From an uncultured Bacteroidales bacterium (GTDB taxonomy: Bacteria; Bacteroidota; Bacteroidia; Bacteroidales; VadinHA17), in assembly GCA_963737255.1 (NCBI GenBank), contig CAVTSB010000001.1, forward strand, positions 528,379-592,378: 64,000 nt of DNA. Reading direction: 5' to 3'. Of the stretch, positions 18,595-30,618 are shown piece by piece (position 1 is the stretch's first letter; every line of letters begins with the position of its first letter). The notes below the pieces were generated by a model, which searched no databases, was not told where the DNA came from, and was given only the letters and a program-made list of their open reading frames with translations. The position numbers and the translations under genes were made by a program.

Positions 18595-19728
18595 ATGAAA
18601 TATTTAATTACAATTTTGATTTTACTTGGCTCTTTGAACACTAGTGCTCAGAAGAAAAGACCAATTGATTTTAAAATTAAAATAGGTATTCTGGAAGCTG
18701 GGAAAAATGATGCTATTACTGATGTACCTGGGGTAAAGGTTGGTCATTTTACTCTAAGTCAAGGTGATTCCATAAATACTGGTGCTACTGCAATCATCCC
18801 GCATCCTGATAATATTTTTCAAAACAAAGTACCAGCTGGAATATTCATCGGAAATGGATATGGGAAATTGACAGGATATCCTCAAGTAGAAGAACTTGGG
18901 AACATCGAGACTCCAATAATTCTTACAAATACTTTGAGCGTTCCAACGGCAGTTGATGCTATTATTGATTATACATTTAATTTTTCTGCAAACAAAAGTA
19001 TCAAAAGCGTAAATGCTATTGTCGGTGAAACTAATGATGGTGGTTTAAATGACATTAGAAAAAGATATCTCACAAAAGAACAAATGTTCCTTTCAATTCT
19101 TAATGCGGATACTGGTATTGTGAATGAAGGAAATGTTGGAGCTGGGACAGGAACATCATGTCTGGGCTTTAAAGGGGGTATTGGAACAGCTTCAAGAATA
19201 ATTCCAAAATCAAGAGGCGGTTACACTATAGGCGTACTGGTTCAGACAAATTTTGGAGGTATTTTACAAATAAATGGAGTTCCAATTGGTCTTGAGTTAG
19301 GTAAGCACAAGTTTAACAGGATAGAAGATGAGTATAGAGAAGATGGTTCGTGTATGATCGTCATAATGACAGATGCACCATTAGATTCGAGAAACCTGAA
19401 ACGATTAGCATCAAGATCAATGTATGGTATTGCAAGAACAGGAGGAATTTCATCAAATAGCAGTGGGGATTTTGCAATAGCAGTTTCTACAGCTCAAAAT
19501 CTTAGAATCCCTTATTCGACTGATTCCATGTATAATGATTTTAAGGTCCTGAAGAATGAATCTTTGGATATTTTATTCGAAGCTGTTATTGAGGCAACAG
19601 AAGAAGCTATAATTAATTCACTATTTGCTGCTGAGACAGTAACCGGGAATGATAATGTAACAGTTGAATCTATTCCTATTGACAAGACTTTGGAAATATT
19701 ACGAAAATATAATCGATTAAATAAATAA
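18595..19728 (+). CDS. P1/S58 family (DmpA-like) aminopeptidase
   Basis: NDAITDVPGVKVGH, GYGKLTG, VGETNDGGLND, EGNVGAGTG, KGGIGTASR, autoprocessing DG/SC site, EATEEAIINSL. Confidence 0.9.
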   Translation: MKYLITILILLGSLNTSAQKKRPIDFKIKIGILEAGKNDAITDVPGVKVGHFTLSQGDSINTGATAIIPHPDNIFQNKVPAGIFIGNGYGKLTGYPQVEELGNIETPIILTNTLSVPTAVDAIIDYTFNFSANKSIKSVNAIVGETNDGGLNDIRKRYLTKEQMFLSILNADTGIVNEGNVGAGTGTSCLGFKGGIGTASRIIPKSRGGYTIGVLVQTNFGGILQINGVPIGLELGKHKFNRIEDEYREDGSCMIVIMTDAPLDSRNLKRLASRSMYGIARTGGISSNSSGDFAIAVSTAQNLRIPYSTDSMYNDFKVLKNESLDILFEAVIEATEEAIINSLFAAETVTGNDNVTVESIPIDKTLEILRKYNRLNK

Positions 19729-19740
19729 AAGCCTAAGTAT

Positions 19741-19805
19741 AAAACACAGGGCTTTAAACGGTGCGAAGCACCCGGTAATGGAGCCCCGGTTGATCTAAAT
19801 CCCTC
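19741..19805 (+). repeat. 5' part of the long spacer element, copy B
   Basis: ACACAGGGCTTTAAACGGTGCGAAGCACCCGGT...CCCCGGTTGA. Confidence 0.85.
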
Positions 19806-19873
19806 CAGTAATGATATTATGGGGATTCAAAAGGGTTTTGTAACGATTGTTATTGTGTTGATAAGGGAAAAAG

Positions 19874-20423
19874 ATGATGAAAGAACGCAAACCGAACAGA
19901 TTACACGGATATGATTATTCTTCGGATAATTTTTATTTTGTTACGTCATGCGTTCAAAACAGAATTTGTTGTTTTGGTGAAATCAAAATCGTAGAATTCG
20001 TAGGGACAGGTCGCGACCTGTCCCTACAGGCCTTCCGCAAATGGTATTAAATGGCTATGGTAAAATTGCCGAGGAACAATGGTATTGGTTATCCGAACAA
20101 TATCAATATGTTTTTTTGCATGAATTTGTGGTGATGCCAAATCATATCCATGGCATCATAGAAATAAATCGGAACAATATCCTCGTACGGACAGGACGCG
20201 ACCTGCACGTACAACAACCAAAAATCAAATCATTATCCGAATTGATTGGTGCATATAAAACTACTGTATCCAAACAAATACATTTATCCGGATTTAAGAA
20301 TTCTCATGGCAGCGATCGTTTTATGACCATATCATTCGTGATGAACAATCAATGGATAGAATTTCCGATTACATCGTAAAGAATCCCATAAACTGGGAGC
20401 AAGATAAACTTTACAATATGTGA
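19874..20423 (+). mobile_element. REP-associated tyrosine (Y1 HUH) transposase, RAYT/IS200-like, two frameshifts
   Basis: Manual join: MKERKPNRLHGYDYS..YFVTSC / MVLNGYG...VVMPNHIHGI...SLSELIGAYKT / WQRSFYDHIIRDE...YIVKNPINW. Confidence 0.85.
20000..20027. repeat. Perfect 28-bp GTAG-type REP palindrome inside the RAYT gene
   Basis: GTAGGGACAGGTCG|CGACCTGTCCCTAC; degenerate second copy at 20185-20212. Confidence 0.9.
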
Positions 20424-20809
20424 ATGACAACACCTCCTTAATAGTTACCAAAGGCTGGTCCTACTGTAATCCGCTTTGCGATGCCGGAGCAGGTTATGGT
20501 GATTACCAGGAAAGGTCGTCACGGTTTTTGCTTTTACGTCAGGTTGCCTAGCTCCTCACGGAACTCATTCTCAATTACCTTTAACATATTTCAAATGATA
20601 TTATAATTATGCACTCATGATAACAAACCTCTAAGAAAACGCTGTTTAATTTCCCGGCTTGCCTCCTGAGTAAGAAGCCTCCCATTACCCTCCCTCCGCA
20701 AGCCTCTATTTCTCAGCCACTTTGATTAAGAGCTACGCAATCTAACCTCTTCGATATAATTTTTATCCCTGACAAATAATAATCTGATTCACCTGATAAA
20801 AAACAGAAA

Positions 20810-21787
20810 ATGAAAGCAATCGTCTATACAAAATACGGAACACCTGATGTTCTTGAATTAAAAGAGGTAGATAAGCCTATTCCCAAAGAGAATGAAGTCC
20901 TGATAAAAGTTTATGCGGTTTCACTGAATGACTGGGATTTAGGTCTACTTAAAGGCGACCTCATAAACCGCATCCTCAATGGTCTTCGCAAACCGAAGAT
21001 AAAAATACTAGGCTCCGACATAGCAGGACGAATTGAAACAGTTGGAAGAAACGTAAAGAAGTTTCAGCCCGGGGATGAAGTGTATGGGGATCTGAGCGGC
21101 AGATGGGGAGGCTTCGCTGAATATACCTGCGCCGGTGAAAATGAATTGGCCTTAAAGCCCGTAAGTATGAGTTTCGAGGAAGCAGCGGCAATACCTCAGG
21201 CGGCTATGCTGGCGGTACAGGGTCTTATTGATAAAGGTCAAATTCATTCAGGACAAAAGCTGCTGATTAATGGTGCGGGTGGAGGTGTAGGTACCTTTGC
21301 TGTGCAGATCGCCAAATTATATGGAGTTGAAGTTACAGGTGTTGACAACTCTGTCAAATTGGACATGATGCGCTCAATGGGTTTTGATCATGTCATTGAT
21401 TATAAACAGGAAGATTTCACTAAAAACGGGCATTGTTATGACCTGATTCTTGATGTTAAGACATATCGTCCGATGTCCGATTATACAAGGGCTTTATGTC
21501 CTAATGGAATTTATGTCACAGTCGGAGGTTCCAATGCCAGGCTTATACAGGCTTTATTGCTTGGGCTCTGGATTTCGATGATCAGTAAAAAGAGTATACG
21601 TATCGTTGCCCTGAAGAAAAACAAGGATTTAGCTTATATGAACGAGCTTTTCGAAGCCGGTAAAGTCAAACCTGTGATAGATGGCCCCTACAAGTTGGAC
21701 GAAGTTCCTGAAGCATTCAGGCATTTTGGTGAAGGAGCCCACAAAGGTAAAGTAGTAATAACTGTGGAACATAACCACAAACCATAA
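20810..21787 (+). CDS. NAD(P)-dependent alcohol dehydrogenase / quinone oxidoreductase (MDR family)
   Basis: MKAIVYTKYG, GSDIAG, LINGAGGGVGTFAVQIAK, HKGKVVI. Confidence 0.92.
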   Translation: MKAIVYTKYGTPDVLELKEVDKPIPKENEVLIKVYAVSLNDWDLGLLKGDLINRILNGLRKPKIKILGSDIAGRIETVGRNVKKFQPGDEVYGDLSGRWGGFAEYTCAGENELALKPVSMSFEEAAAIPQAAMLAVQGLIDKGQIHSGQKLLINGAGGGVGTFAVQIAKLYGVEVTGVDNSVKLDMMRSMGFDHVIDYKQEDFTKNGHCYDLILDVKTYRPMSDYTRALCPNGIYVTVGGSNARLIQALLLGLWISMISKKSIRIVALKKNKDLAYMNELFEAGKVKPVIDGPYKLDEVPEAFRHFGEGAHKGKVVITVEHNHKP

Positions 21788-21847
21788 AAATATTTGTAAT
21801 TTTATGGTGATTTCCTTCAGTAACTGTTTAATCTTAAATTTATTAAT

Positions 21848-22201
21848 ATGGTTAATAAAAATTACAAATCCATAGCCACTCTGATAGTTATTGTCTTTTT
21901 GGCTATATCATGCTCCGGTAACAAAAGCAAGGGCGTAAAGGACGAAACAGTTCAAAGCCCTTCATTAATTGAGGTCTCCATAAAGGGCATGTTCTGCACC
22001 GGATGTGAGCAAACAATTCAGACACGGGTAGGCGGGCTAGAAGGCGTCAAGTCAGTTAAAGCATCTTTTGTCACAGGGAAAGCTATAATTGAATATCTGC
22101 CCGGAGTAACTGATACAGTTAAGATTAAAGAAATGATTACCGGATCAGGTTACGGAGTGGTAAAATTCAATCCGGTAGAATCAGGAGTTCCGATGGAATA
22201 A
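21848..22201 (+). CDS. Heavy-metal-associated (HMA) domain lipoprotein
   Basis: Lipobox ISC; GMFCTGC metal-binding loop. Confidence 0.85.
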   Translation: MVNKNYKSIATLIVIVFLAISCSGNKSKGVKDETVQSPSLIEVSIKGMFCTGCEQTIQTRVGGLEGVKSVKASFVTGKAIIEYLPGVTDTVKIKEMITGSGYGVVKFNPVESGVPME

Positions 22202-22379
22202 TTTCTTCCGTTGTATGCTGAGAACTACGAGCGGAACCGCATCAACACATCTGAGAAGCAGCAGCTTTATTAACGCCGGCATACTATAGTGGAACACTGA
22301 CTGAGAGCGATTGAGATAATCAGCGGATAATGCTTCGCGACAAAATCACCGGGAACTTTGCCTCAGTAGTTAGTCAAAA

Positions 22380-23749
22380 CTAAAATTTCAATGTAAATTC
22401 TGATCCCTTATCGGGAGCAGAGTTCACTGAAATTGTGCCATCATGATTTTGCATTATCTGTTTTGACAGGCTTAATCCTATTCCTGAACCATTTTCTTTG
22501 GTTGTAAAAAATGGCACAAAAATATCTTCAATAATTTCACCCGGATATTCCAGTTCCATTATCCTCAACCTGAATTAATAGTGCCGTCATCAGCATATGA
22601 ATGCTTTCAGGTGAATTGTTCCAGTTCTTCTTATCGGATAAAGCTTCAACAGCGTTTTTTATTAGATTTATAAGAATCTGTTCCACCTGGGCAAAGTCTG
22701 CTTCTATTGACAGATCTGCAGGATAAACACTTGCAATGATTTTTATATTGTCTGGAAATATTTGATTCCATGAGGAGCTTGCATTTCCTGAACAGGCTTT
22801 CAATACTGAATTTGCATAGATTAGGTTTTGGCAATGATGTTAGGCTTCTGTATTTATCAACAAAATCCAGTAATCCTTTTCCTGTTTCTTCAATTGTGTT
22901 CAATCCGGAAAGTGTTTTTGAAACTATCTAGTTGTCAATATCTTCCACATGGAATCTGGGCTTTCTTTGTTCTTCTTTTTAAAATAACCTGAAATTACTG
23001 TTGTAAGAGAGGTAATCGGACTTATCGAATTCATGATTTCATGGGTTAGCACCCGGATTAATCTTTGCCAGGAATGCAATTCCTTTTTATCAAGTTCATT
23101 GGTGATATCCTGAAATGAGACCAGTTTTATTAGATTGCTTTCAAATTTCAGTTCAGTAGCTTTTACTAAAATACTTTGTAAAAGATTGTCTATTTTCATT
23201 TTATGCAATATCTCCTGTCCGGGTTTTATAGTACTTATGATTTTATATAGTTCATCATTCGATAGCTTTTAAAGACGATAATTCCGTGAAGTTGCTGAAC
23301 CTTTAAATATCTTTTTGCAGCCTTGTTATAAATTTCTATTCTTGCCATTCATATCAAATGATAATAGTCCGATATCAACATGGTCAACCACACTTTGCAG
23401 GAAATGGCTTGTTCTTTCATTTTCAATTTTAACATTCTGAATTATTGTATTCAGATTATTCATCCTGTCGTGCAATTTTCTGAATGAGTTACTATCTCCG
23501 TTTTCTGACATACGGATCGAAGAATCATGATTTTGAACTGAGGAAAAGAATTTTTCCAGATCAGTATTTGTCTGGTTAACCTTATTTACCAGCATCCAGG
23601 ACTGCAGTACAATCACGAAGATCATTCCTGCAAGAGTATAGTAGTATCCATGGTCGAGATGTTGCAAAACAACACCCAGCACCACACATGGATAATGTGA
23701 TCAGAACTACCCTGATCAGCACATTGATGAAAAATCTGTTAAGTACCAT
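22380..23749 (-). CDS. NtrY-like sensor histidine kinase, multiple frameshifts
   Basis: Fragments give LIRVLTHEIMNSISPI (H-box), QILINLIKNAVEA, DNGTGI, FFTTKENGSGIGLSLSKQI; start ATG 23749. Confidence 0.85.
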
Positions 23750-23760
23750 GGTGCAGGTTT

Positions 23761-25125
23761 CTATAGGTTATACTTCTGCATTTTATTATACATAGTCTGT
23801 CGGGCCAGACCAAGCTCTTTTGAAGCTTTCTGAACACTACCTTTATTGTTGTTCAGAGCAGATTGCAATGCCAGTTTTTCTATTTCGGCAAATGTCGGAG
23901 GCTTTTGGTTCGAGAGAGGTTGGTGATTGAATGGGAGATTATAAAATCTTCCGGAGCCAGTACATCTGATTCACATAATATAACTGCCTTTTCAATTGTA
24001 TGACGCAGCTCCCGCACATTTCCGGGCCAGCTGTATTTCATTAGTTTGTCGAGTGTCTTGCTGCTGAATTTCAGATTGAATTTTTCATATTTACCTGCAT
24101 ACTCTCTTAAAAAATGTTCTGCAAGCAGAACAATATCTTCCCCTCTGTCGCGCAATGGAGGCAGTTCAATCACAATTGTGTTTATGCGGTAATAAAAGAT
24201 CTTCCCTGAAAAGATTCCTGGTTACCAGTTCTTCCAGATTCTTATTTGTGGCACAGATGAGGCGGATATCAAATGGGATGGGAGTTTTTGATCCTACTCT
24301 GTAGATGACCCTGTTTTGAATGGCAGCTAGCAGTTTTGACTGCATATTATATGAAAGATTGCCGATTTCATCGAGGAACAAGGTGCCGCCTGAGGCAGTC
24401 TCAAACCATCCTGGTTTATCTTCTTTTGCATCGGTGAAGGCACCTTTTACATGACCGAACATTTCGCTCTCGAATAATGTCTCGGTTATTGTTCCGATGT
24501 CAACGCTGATGAATGCTTCGTCGGCTCTGCGTGAATTATTATGGATCTCTTTTACGATTAATTCTTTTCCTGTGCCATTCTCACCTATGACTAAAACATT
24601 TGCATCGGTTTTAGCTACCTTGTTTATCACCTGCAGTACGCTTCCCATTGCAGCTGATTTTCCTATCAGCGGAACAGATTGATTAATAATTCCTTTATTT
24701 ATCTGTTTCTGCCTGTCGCGCAGTTTTTTATTTTCAAGCTTTGATTGTCTGAGTTTTAATGCCGACTGGAGTGTAATGATAAGTTTATTATTATCCCAGG
24801 GTTTAACAACAAAGTCGGTGGCGCCTTCTTTTATGGCACGCACTGCCAGATCGACATCGGAATATGCAGTTATCATAACCACGGCGGCGAGAGGATCTGA
24901 TTTTAATATCCTGCTGAGCCAGTATATGCCTTCATTGCCGGTGTTGACGCCTGCTGAAAAGTTCATGTCGAGCAGGATAACATCAAATTCATCCTTATTT
25001 AAATAACCGGGGATCTGATTAGGATTTGATATGCCGGTGACGCTGTCAAATTCAGGTTCCAGCAGCTGGATGAGTGCTTTCAGAACCTGTTTATGATCGT
25101 CGACGATAAGTAATTTGCCTTTCAT
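23761..25125 (-). CDS. Sigma-54-dependent response regulator (NtrC family), frameshifted
   Basis: Receiver domain (LLDMNF, FVVKPW), GENGTGKEL, GHVKGAFTDA, LFLDEIG, WPGNVREL, C-terminal HTH ending LYNKMQKYNL. Confidence 0.9.
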
Positions 25126-25159
25126 TTATAATGCTTAGTAGTTTCACTAAACCTTGCCA

Positions 25160-25243
25160 TTGATTTTCTTCGTCTACCCCGTCCTCAAGGGGAGCGAAGA
25201 AAATCAATTTACTCTCCTTGAGGCTGGGGTAAATAAATTGATT
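25160..25243. repeat. Intergenic palindromic (REP-like) element
   Basis: ATTGATTTTCTTCG...CGAAGAAAATCAAT inverted pair overlapping TACCCCGTCCTCAAGG...CCTTGAGGCTGGGGTA. Confidence 0.6.
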
Positions 25244-25372
25244 TTCGAGCGGCGTTCACTTTTACTATTGCCTATAATATGGACATAAAATGCCCTTATA
25301 TTAGACAAATATAAATAATATTTATTTTGATATTATTACTTAAATGACTAATTTTCAAGTAAGTAAAAATTG

Positions 25373-25387
25373 TGGCACTGTAATTGG
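25373..25387 (+). promoter_or_regulatory. Putative sigma-54 promoter for the ABC permease genes
   Basis: TGGCAC-TGTAA-TTGG upstream of 25545, divergent from the sigma-54 activator gene. Confidence 0.55.
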
Positions 25388-25544
25388 AATATTTTTTAAC
25401 CACAAAGGGACACAATCTCGAGTACTTGGGATCACAAAGGACACTAAGAGTTTATACCGGAGATGTTCGACCAGATTAGACTCTGATGAAACTTAGTGTC
25501 TTTACGCCTTAGTGGCAAAATAAGGAATCCTGAATCTTGAATAT

Positions 25545-27901
25545 ATGTTAAGCAACTACTTCAAAATCGCACTCCGGAATATCAGAAGGTATTCAACATA
25601 TTCAATTTTGAATATTAGCGGAATGGCCATTGGCATGGCCTGTTCAATTTTGATTCTTTTATGGGTACAGGATGAATGGAGCTACGACAGGCATTTCGAT
25701 AATGCCGATAATTTATACCGTGTGATCGGAGACATGGGTACTACCAGCGGAGAAAGCTCTTTGACAGCAACAACACCTGCACCATTAGCAAAATCCCTGA
25801 AAGAAGAATATCCAGAAATAATCAGATCTTCCAGATGTGGCGTTGGTTCCCTGTTATCATTTAAAATGGGTGAGGAATTTATAGAAGAAACCGCTGTCCC
25901 TGTTGATAATGATTTCTTAAAAATGTTCAATATTGAGTTTGTTGCGGGGGATATCAATAACGCTTTAAACGCGCCCAACAATATTGTTCTTACAGAAAAA
26001 ATAGCAAAGAAATATTTCGGTAACGAATATCCGATTGGCAAAACATTAAAAATGGCGGAATCTGATGAAATATATACAATTACTGGAGTTGTAAAGAATC
26101 CGCATAATAGTCACCTCATGTTTGACTTATTGATTCCAATTAAGCTCAGAAAAGAATTTGAAAGTCTTAAAAGTGATATGCAAGTGTTTTGTTATAATTA
26201 TGTTGAGTTAATAAAAGGTACTGACAGTAAAATAGTTAATGAAAAAATCCGAAATTTTTTAGAAGATCATTCAAGCATGATGACTTTTGTGATTTCCCTT
26301 CAAAACATCAAAAACATCCATTTGTATTCTTCCGGAAAATATGGTCAGGATATAAAAGGCCATGGTGACATTACTTATGTAAGAATTATGTGCCTCATTG
26401 CTGTTTTTATTCTTCTTATTGCCTGTATCAATTTTATGAACCTTTATACTGCACAATCTGCCAGAAGGGCCAGGGAAATTGGTTTACGCAAAGTGGCAGG
26501 AGCAAATAGAAGAAAAATATTTGTTCAATTTATGGGAGAATCTCTGTTGCTGGTATTTATTTCCCACGTAATATCTATGATTTTAGTTGAATTGCTACTG
26601 CCCGGTTTTAATAACCTTATTGGCAAACAACTTGATATTAACTATCAAAGCCCTCATTTATATGTAGGGTTGATTGCAGTTATACTGTTTTGCGGTATAT
26701 TGGCCGGAAGTTATCCAGCCTTGTATCTGTCTTCATTAAAGCCACTGAATACAATAAAGGGTGTAATTAATAAAAATCCCGGCAATGCACAATTCAGAAG
26801 AGTTCTGGTTATTTTCCAGTTTTCCTTGTCGGTCTTGCTAATCATATGCACCTTAACTGTTGGAAATCAACTCAACTATATTCAAAATAAGAGTCTTGGA
26901 TTAAATAAAGATAACATAGGCTATTTTACGAGTCACACCAGACCTAAAGGCTCCACGCTTGACGACTTAAAAAAAGAGCTTTTAAACAATCCGGATATAG
27001 TGAGTGTAACCCGGGGCAATAATCCTGTCAACATTGAGAATAATGCCAATGGCTTTAATTGGACAGGAAATAATGAAGGTAATGATGTTTCATTTTATAT
27101 TTTGAGTTGTGATGCAGATTATGCCAAAACCTTTCAGCTTGAGCTTAAGAAGGGGCGTTTCTTTTCTTCTGAATTTTCAACTGATTCTTCTGCAGCAGTA
27201 ATTAATGAAAAGTGCTGCAGAAATCATGGGATTTAATGATCCAATCGGGGAAATTATATCGACACCCTGGGAATCGAAATTACATATCATAGGTGTAGTA
27301 AAGAATTTTCACTTTAAATCTATGCATTATAAAATTGAACCGCTTATTATGACATTAAATCCGGATATCGAATTTTTTATCAGGATGAAGCCTGATAGAG
27401 TACCATCAATTGTTTCTTATATTAAGAAAACTATACAATCATTTAATCTGCCTTATCCCCTGAATTTTCATTTTTTGGCTGATGATTATAACAATCTATA
27501 CCGGACAGAACAAAGAATGAGTAAAATATTTGGCTATGCCTCATTTCTTGCAATCTTCATTTCATGTCTTGGTCTTATAGGACTGTCTTCATTTATGACA
27601 GAGCGCCGTACAAAAGAAATCGGGATAAGGAAGGTTAATGGAGCAAAATCAATTGAATTATATTCACTTCTGTCAAAGGAATATCTCAATCTGGGTGATT
27701 ATTTCAATACTCATTGGATCACCTGTTGCCTGGTATGCCATGAATAAATGGTTGCAAAGTTATGCATACCGGATTACTTTAAATCCATGGATTTTTGCTG
27801 TGGTTGGCCTGATTGTTCTGTTTATCGCATTGCTTACGGTAGGTCTTCAATCGTATAAGGCTGCAAGAAAAAATCCGGTCGAGGCACTGAGGTATGAGTA
27901 G
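25545..27901 (+). CDS. MacB/FtsX-family ABC permease, two frameshifts
   Basis: NYFKIALRNI, DEWSYDRHF, ACINFMNL, EIGLRKVAGA; continues in ORFs 27205-27747 and 27638-27901 to NPVEALRYE. Confidence 0.88.
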
Positions 27902-28052
27902 GAGGAGTGAGGCCAGATCAAGACAACAGTTAAGAGATAAAAATTAAAGAGTTTGTTTGTTTAACTCCGTGACTTTAACTCCGTGATACTCCGTGTTTAA
28001 ATGGATCTATAACTTTACAACTATACAACTTTACAACCATACAACATATACC

Positions 28053-30437
28053 ATGCTCCGGAATTACTTCAAAATCGCCTTTCGAAATATCAAAAGACAT
28101 TCCACTTATTCAATTCTGAATATCAGCGGCATGGCCATTGGCATGGCCTGCTGCAATTTTAATTCTTTTATGGGTTACAGGATGAATGGAGCTACGACAG
28201 ACATTTCAAAAATGCCGACAATCTTTATCGTGATTATTGAAAAGAGAATCCTTCAGCAGGGTGTCTCACTGGTTGCAACACGCCGGGAGCTATTGACCTC
28301 AAGTTCTGAAAGAAGAATATCCTGAAATAATAAGGGCAACAAGATATGGACCTCATCCCGAATTAATTCTTCAAAAAGGTGATGAATTTATAGCAAGAGA
28401 AAGCGGTTGCAATGGTTGATAATGACTTTTTAAAAATGTTTGATATCGAGTTCGTTCATGGTGATATAAACAATGCCTTAAATGAACCACACAATATTGT
28501 TATCACTGAAGAAATGGCCTCAAATACTTCGGAAATGAGGATCCTCTCGGCAAAACAATGACAGAATCAGTTGGGTATCAGGTTACTGTTACCGGTCAGT
28601 ATGTAAAGAGATATGCCGTCAAACAGTCATATCCAGTTTGATTTTATGGTTCCCATTGAGTTGTAACGGACAGAGGAGCGCCCTAAATGACTGGAGTATC
28701 TGGCTGACATAATTATATTGAACTATCAAAGACGGAACAGATAGTAAATTACTTGAAGAGAAAATACGGTATTTTTTAAAAAAGCATAATCATAGGATCA
28801 CTAATTCGCGAGATTTTCCTTCAAAACATCAAAAAAATTCATCTGTTATTCTTCCAGGAAAATATAATTATGATATTAGCGGCCATGGTGATATTACTTA
28901 TGTAAGGATTATGAGCCTTATTGCTGTTTTTATTCTCCTCATTGCCTGTATCAACTTTATGAATCTTTCTACTGCCCAATCAGCAAGAAGAGCAAGGGAA
29001 ATTGGGATACGTAAAGTGGCAGGGGCAAACAAAGGAAAGAATAATCTTTCAGTTTTTAGGTGAATCACTGTTGATTGTGCTTGTGGCCCATGTTATTGCT
29101 ATGATCTTGGTTGAATTGCTTTTACCCGGCTATAACAATCTTACAGGAAGCAATTGCATGTTAATTATCAGAGTCCGGGTTTATATATTGGTCTAATCAG
29201 TATTGTTTTGTTTTGCGGTTTACTGGCAGGAAGTTATCCGGCATTTTATCTTTCATCTTTAAAACCGCTGGAGACAATAAAAGGGTTATCAATAAAAATC
29301 CAGGTAATCCGCGATTCAGAAGAGTTCTTGTTATTTTCCAGTTTTCACTTTCAGTTCTACTAATTATATGCACGCTGGTTGTAAGGAGACCAGACTTCAC
29401 TATATGCAGAAAAAGAAGCCTGGGATTTAATAAAGATAACATAGGATATTTTATATATCCTGCAGCCCCATGGGATCACAAACTGAAAACTGTAAAAAAC
29501 GAGCTAAACAATAATCCTGATATATTAAGTGTTACATGTTGCTCCTAACATGAAATCCTTTCAACATGGAGGGAACCACAATGGCAATCTTAACTGGACA
29601 GGCAAAAAGGAAGGTGACGATATTTTATTTTATGGTCTCGATGCTGATGACGATTATGCCAGAACGTTTCAGCTTGAACTGAAGGACGGTCGTTTCTTTT
29701 CTTCTGAATATTCAACGGATTCAAGTGCAATAGTAATAAATGAAAAGGCAGCAAGATCCTTGGCTTTAATGATCCTGTTGGGCAAACAATTACAGCTCCG
29801 AGTGGATCATAAATATAATATTATCGGAGTGGTGAAGGATTTTCATTTCAAATCATTACATCATAAAATCGGACCCTTGATTATGCGAATCGGCCCATCT
29901 AACTTTTCTTTATCAAGATGAAACCTGACAATATCACTTCAACAGTTGAATTCTATCAGAAAAACATATAATTCCTTTAAACCAATACATCCCCTTGATT
30001 TTCATTTTCTTGATGATGATTTTGATAACCTGTACCAGACTGAACAAAGAATGAGATAGAATATTTGGTTATTTCTCTATTCCTGGCAATCATAATTTCA
30101 TGTCTTGGACTTATAGGATTATCCTCATTTATGACGGAGCGCAGGACAAAAGAGATCGGAATAAGGAAAATAAACGGCGCAAAGTCCAATGAAATATTCT
30201 TCTTGCTGTCAAGAGAATATATTATATGGGTAATGATCTCAATTATAATTGCATGTCCGATTGCCTGGTATATCATGAATAAATGGCTTCAAAATTTTGC
30301 TTACCGGATTAACATAAGCTGGTGGATATTTGCACTGGCAGGCGTTATTGCTCTGCTTATTGCATTGCTTACAGTGAGCTGGCAATCGTATCAGAGCAGC
30401 AGGTAAAAATCCGGTTGAGGCGCTGAGGTATGAATAG
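28053..30437 (+). pseudogene. Tandem paralogous MacB/FtsX ABC permease, many frameshifts (pseudogene or assembly errors)
   Basis: MLRNYFKIAFRNI start; fragments colinear and visibly similar in DNA to 25545-27901; ends NPVEALRYE-TAG. Confidence 0.8.
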
Positions 30438-30618
30438 GAGAATTATGCAGGCTATATATTAACTGTTGATGCTCCATATGTATGCCAGTAGATACAATTC
30501 ACGGAGAGTGTCCCTTCGCCGTCAGGCACATTACGTAATATTTTGACCGTGAATCCGCTGAAGTAATATCTGGGGATACTTTTTCTATTGCGTTTGATAG
30601 AAATAAAAATTAATAATT

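Noticed and set aside
19761-19775. Group II intron suggested by GTGCG in the spacer element
   Set aside because: GTGCG lies inside a hairpin rather than at the element boundary; no domain V/VI-like sequence or reverse transcriptase is visible, and attC-targeting group IIC introns insert in the opposite orientation.
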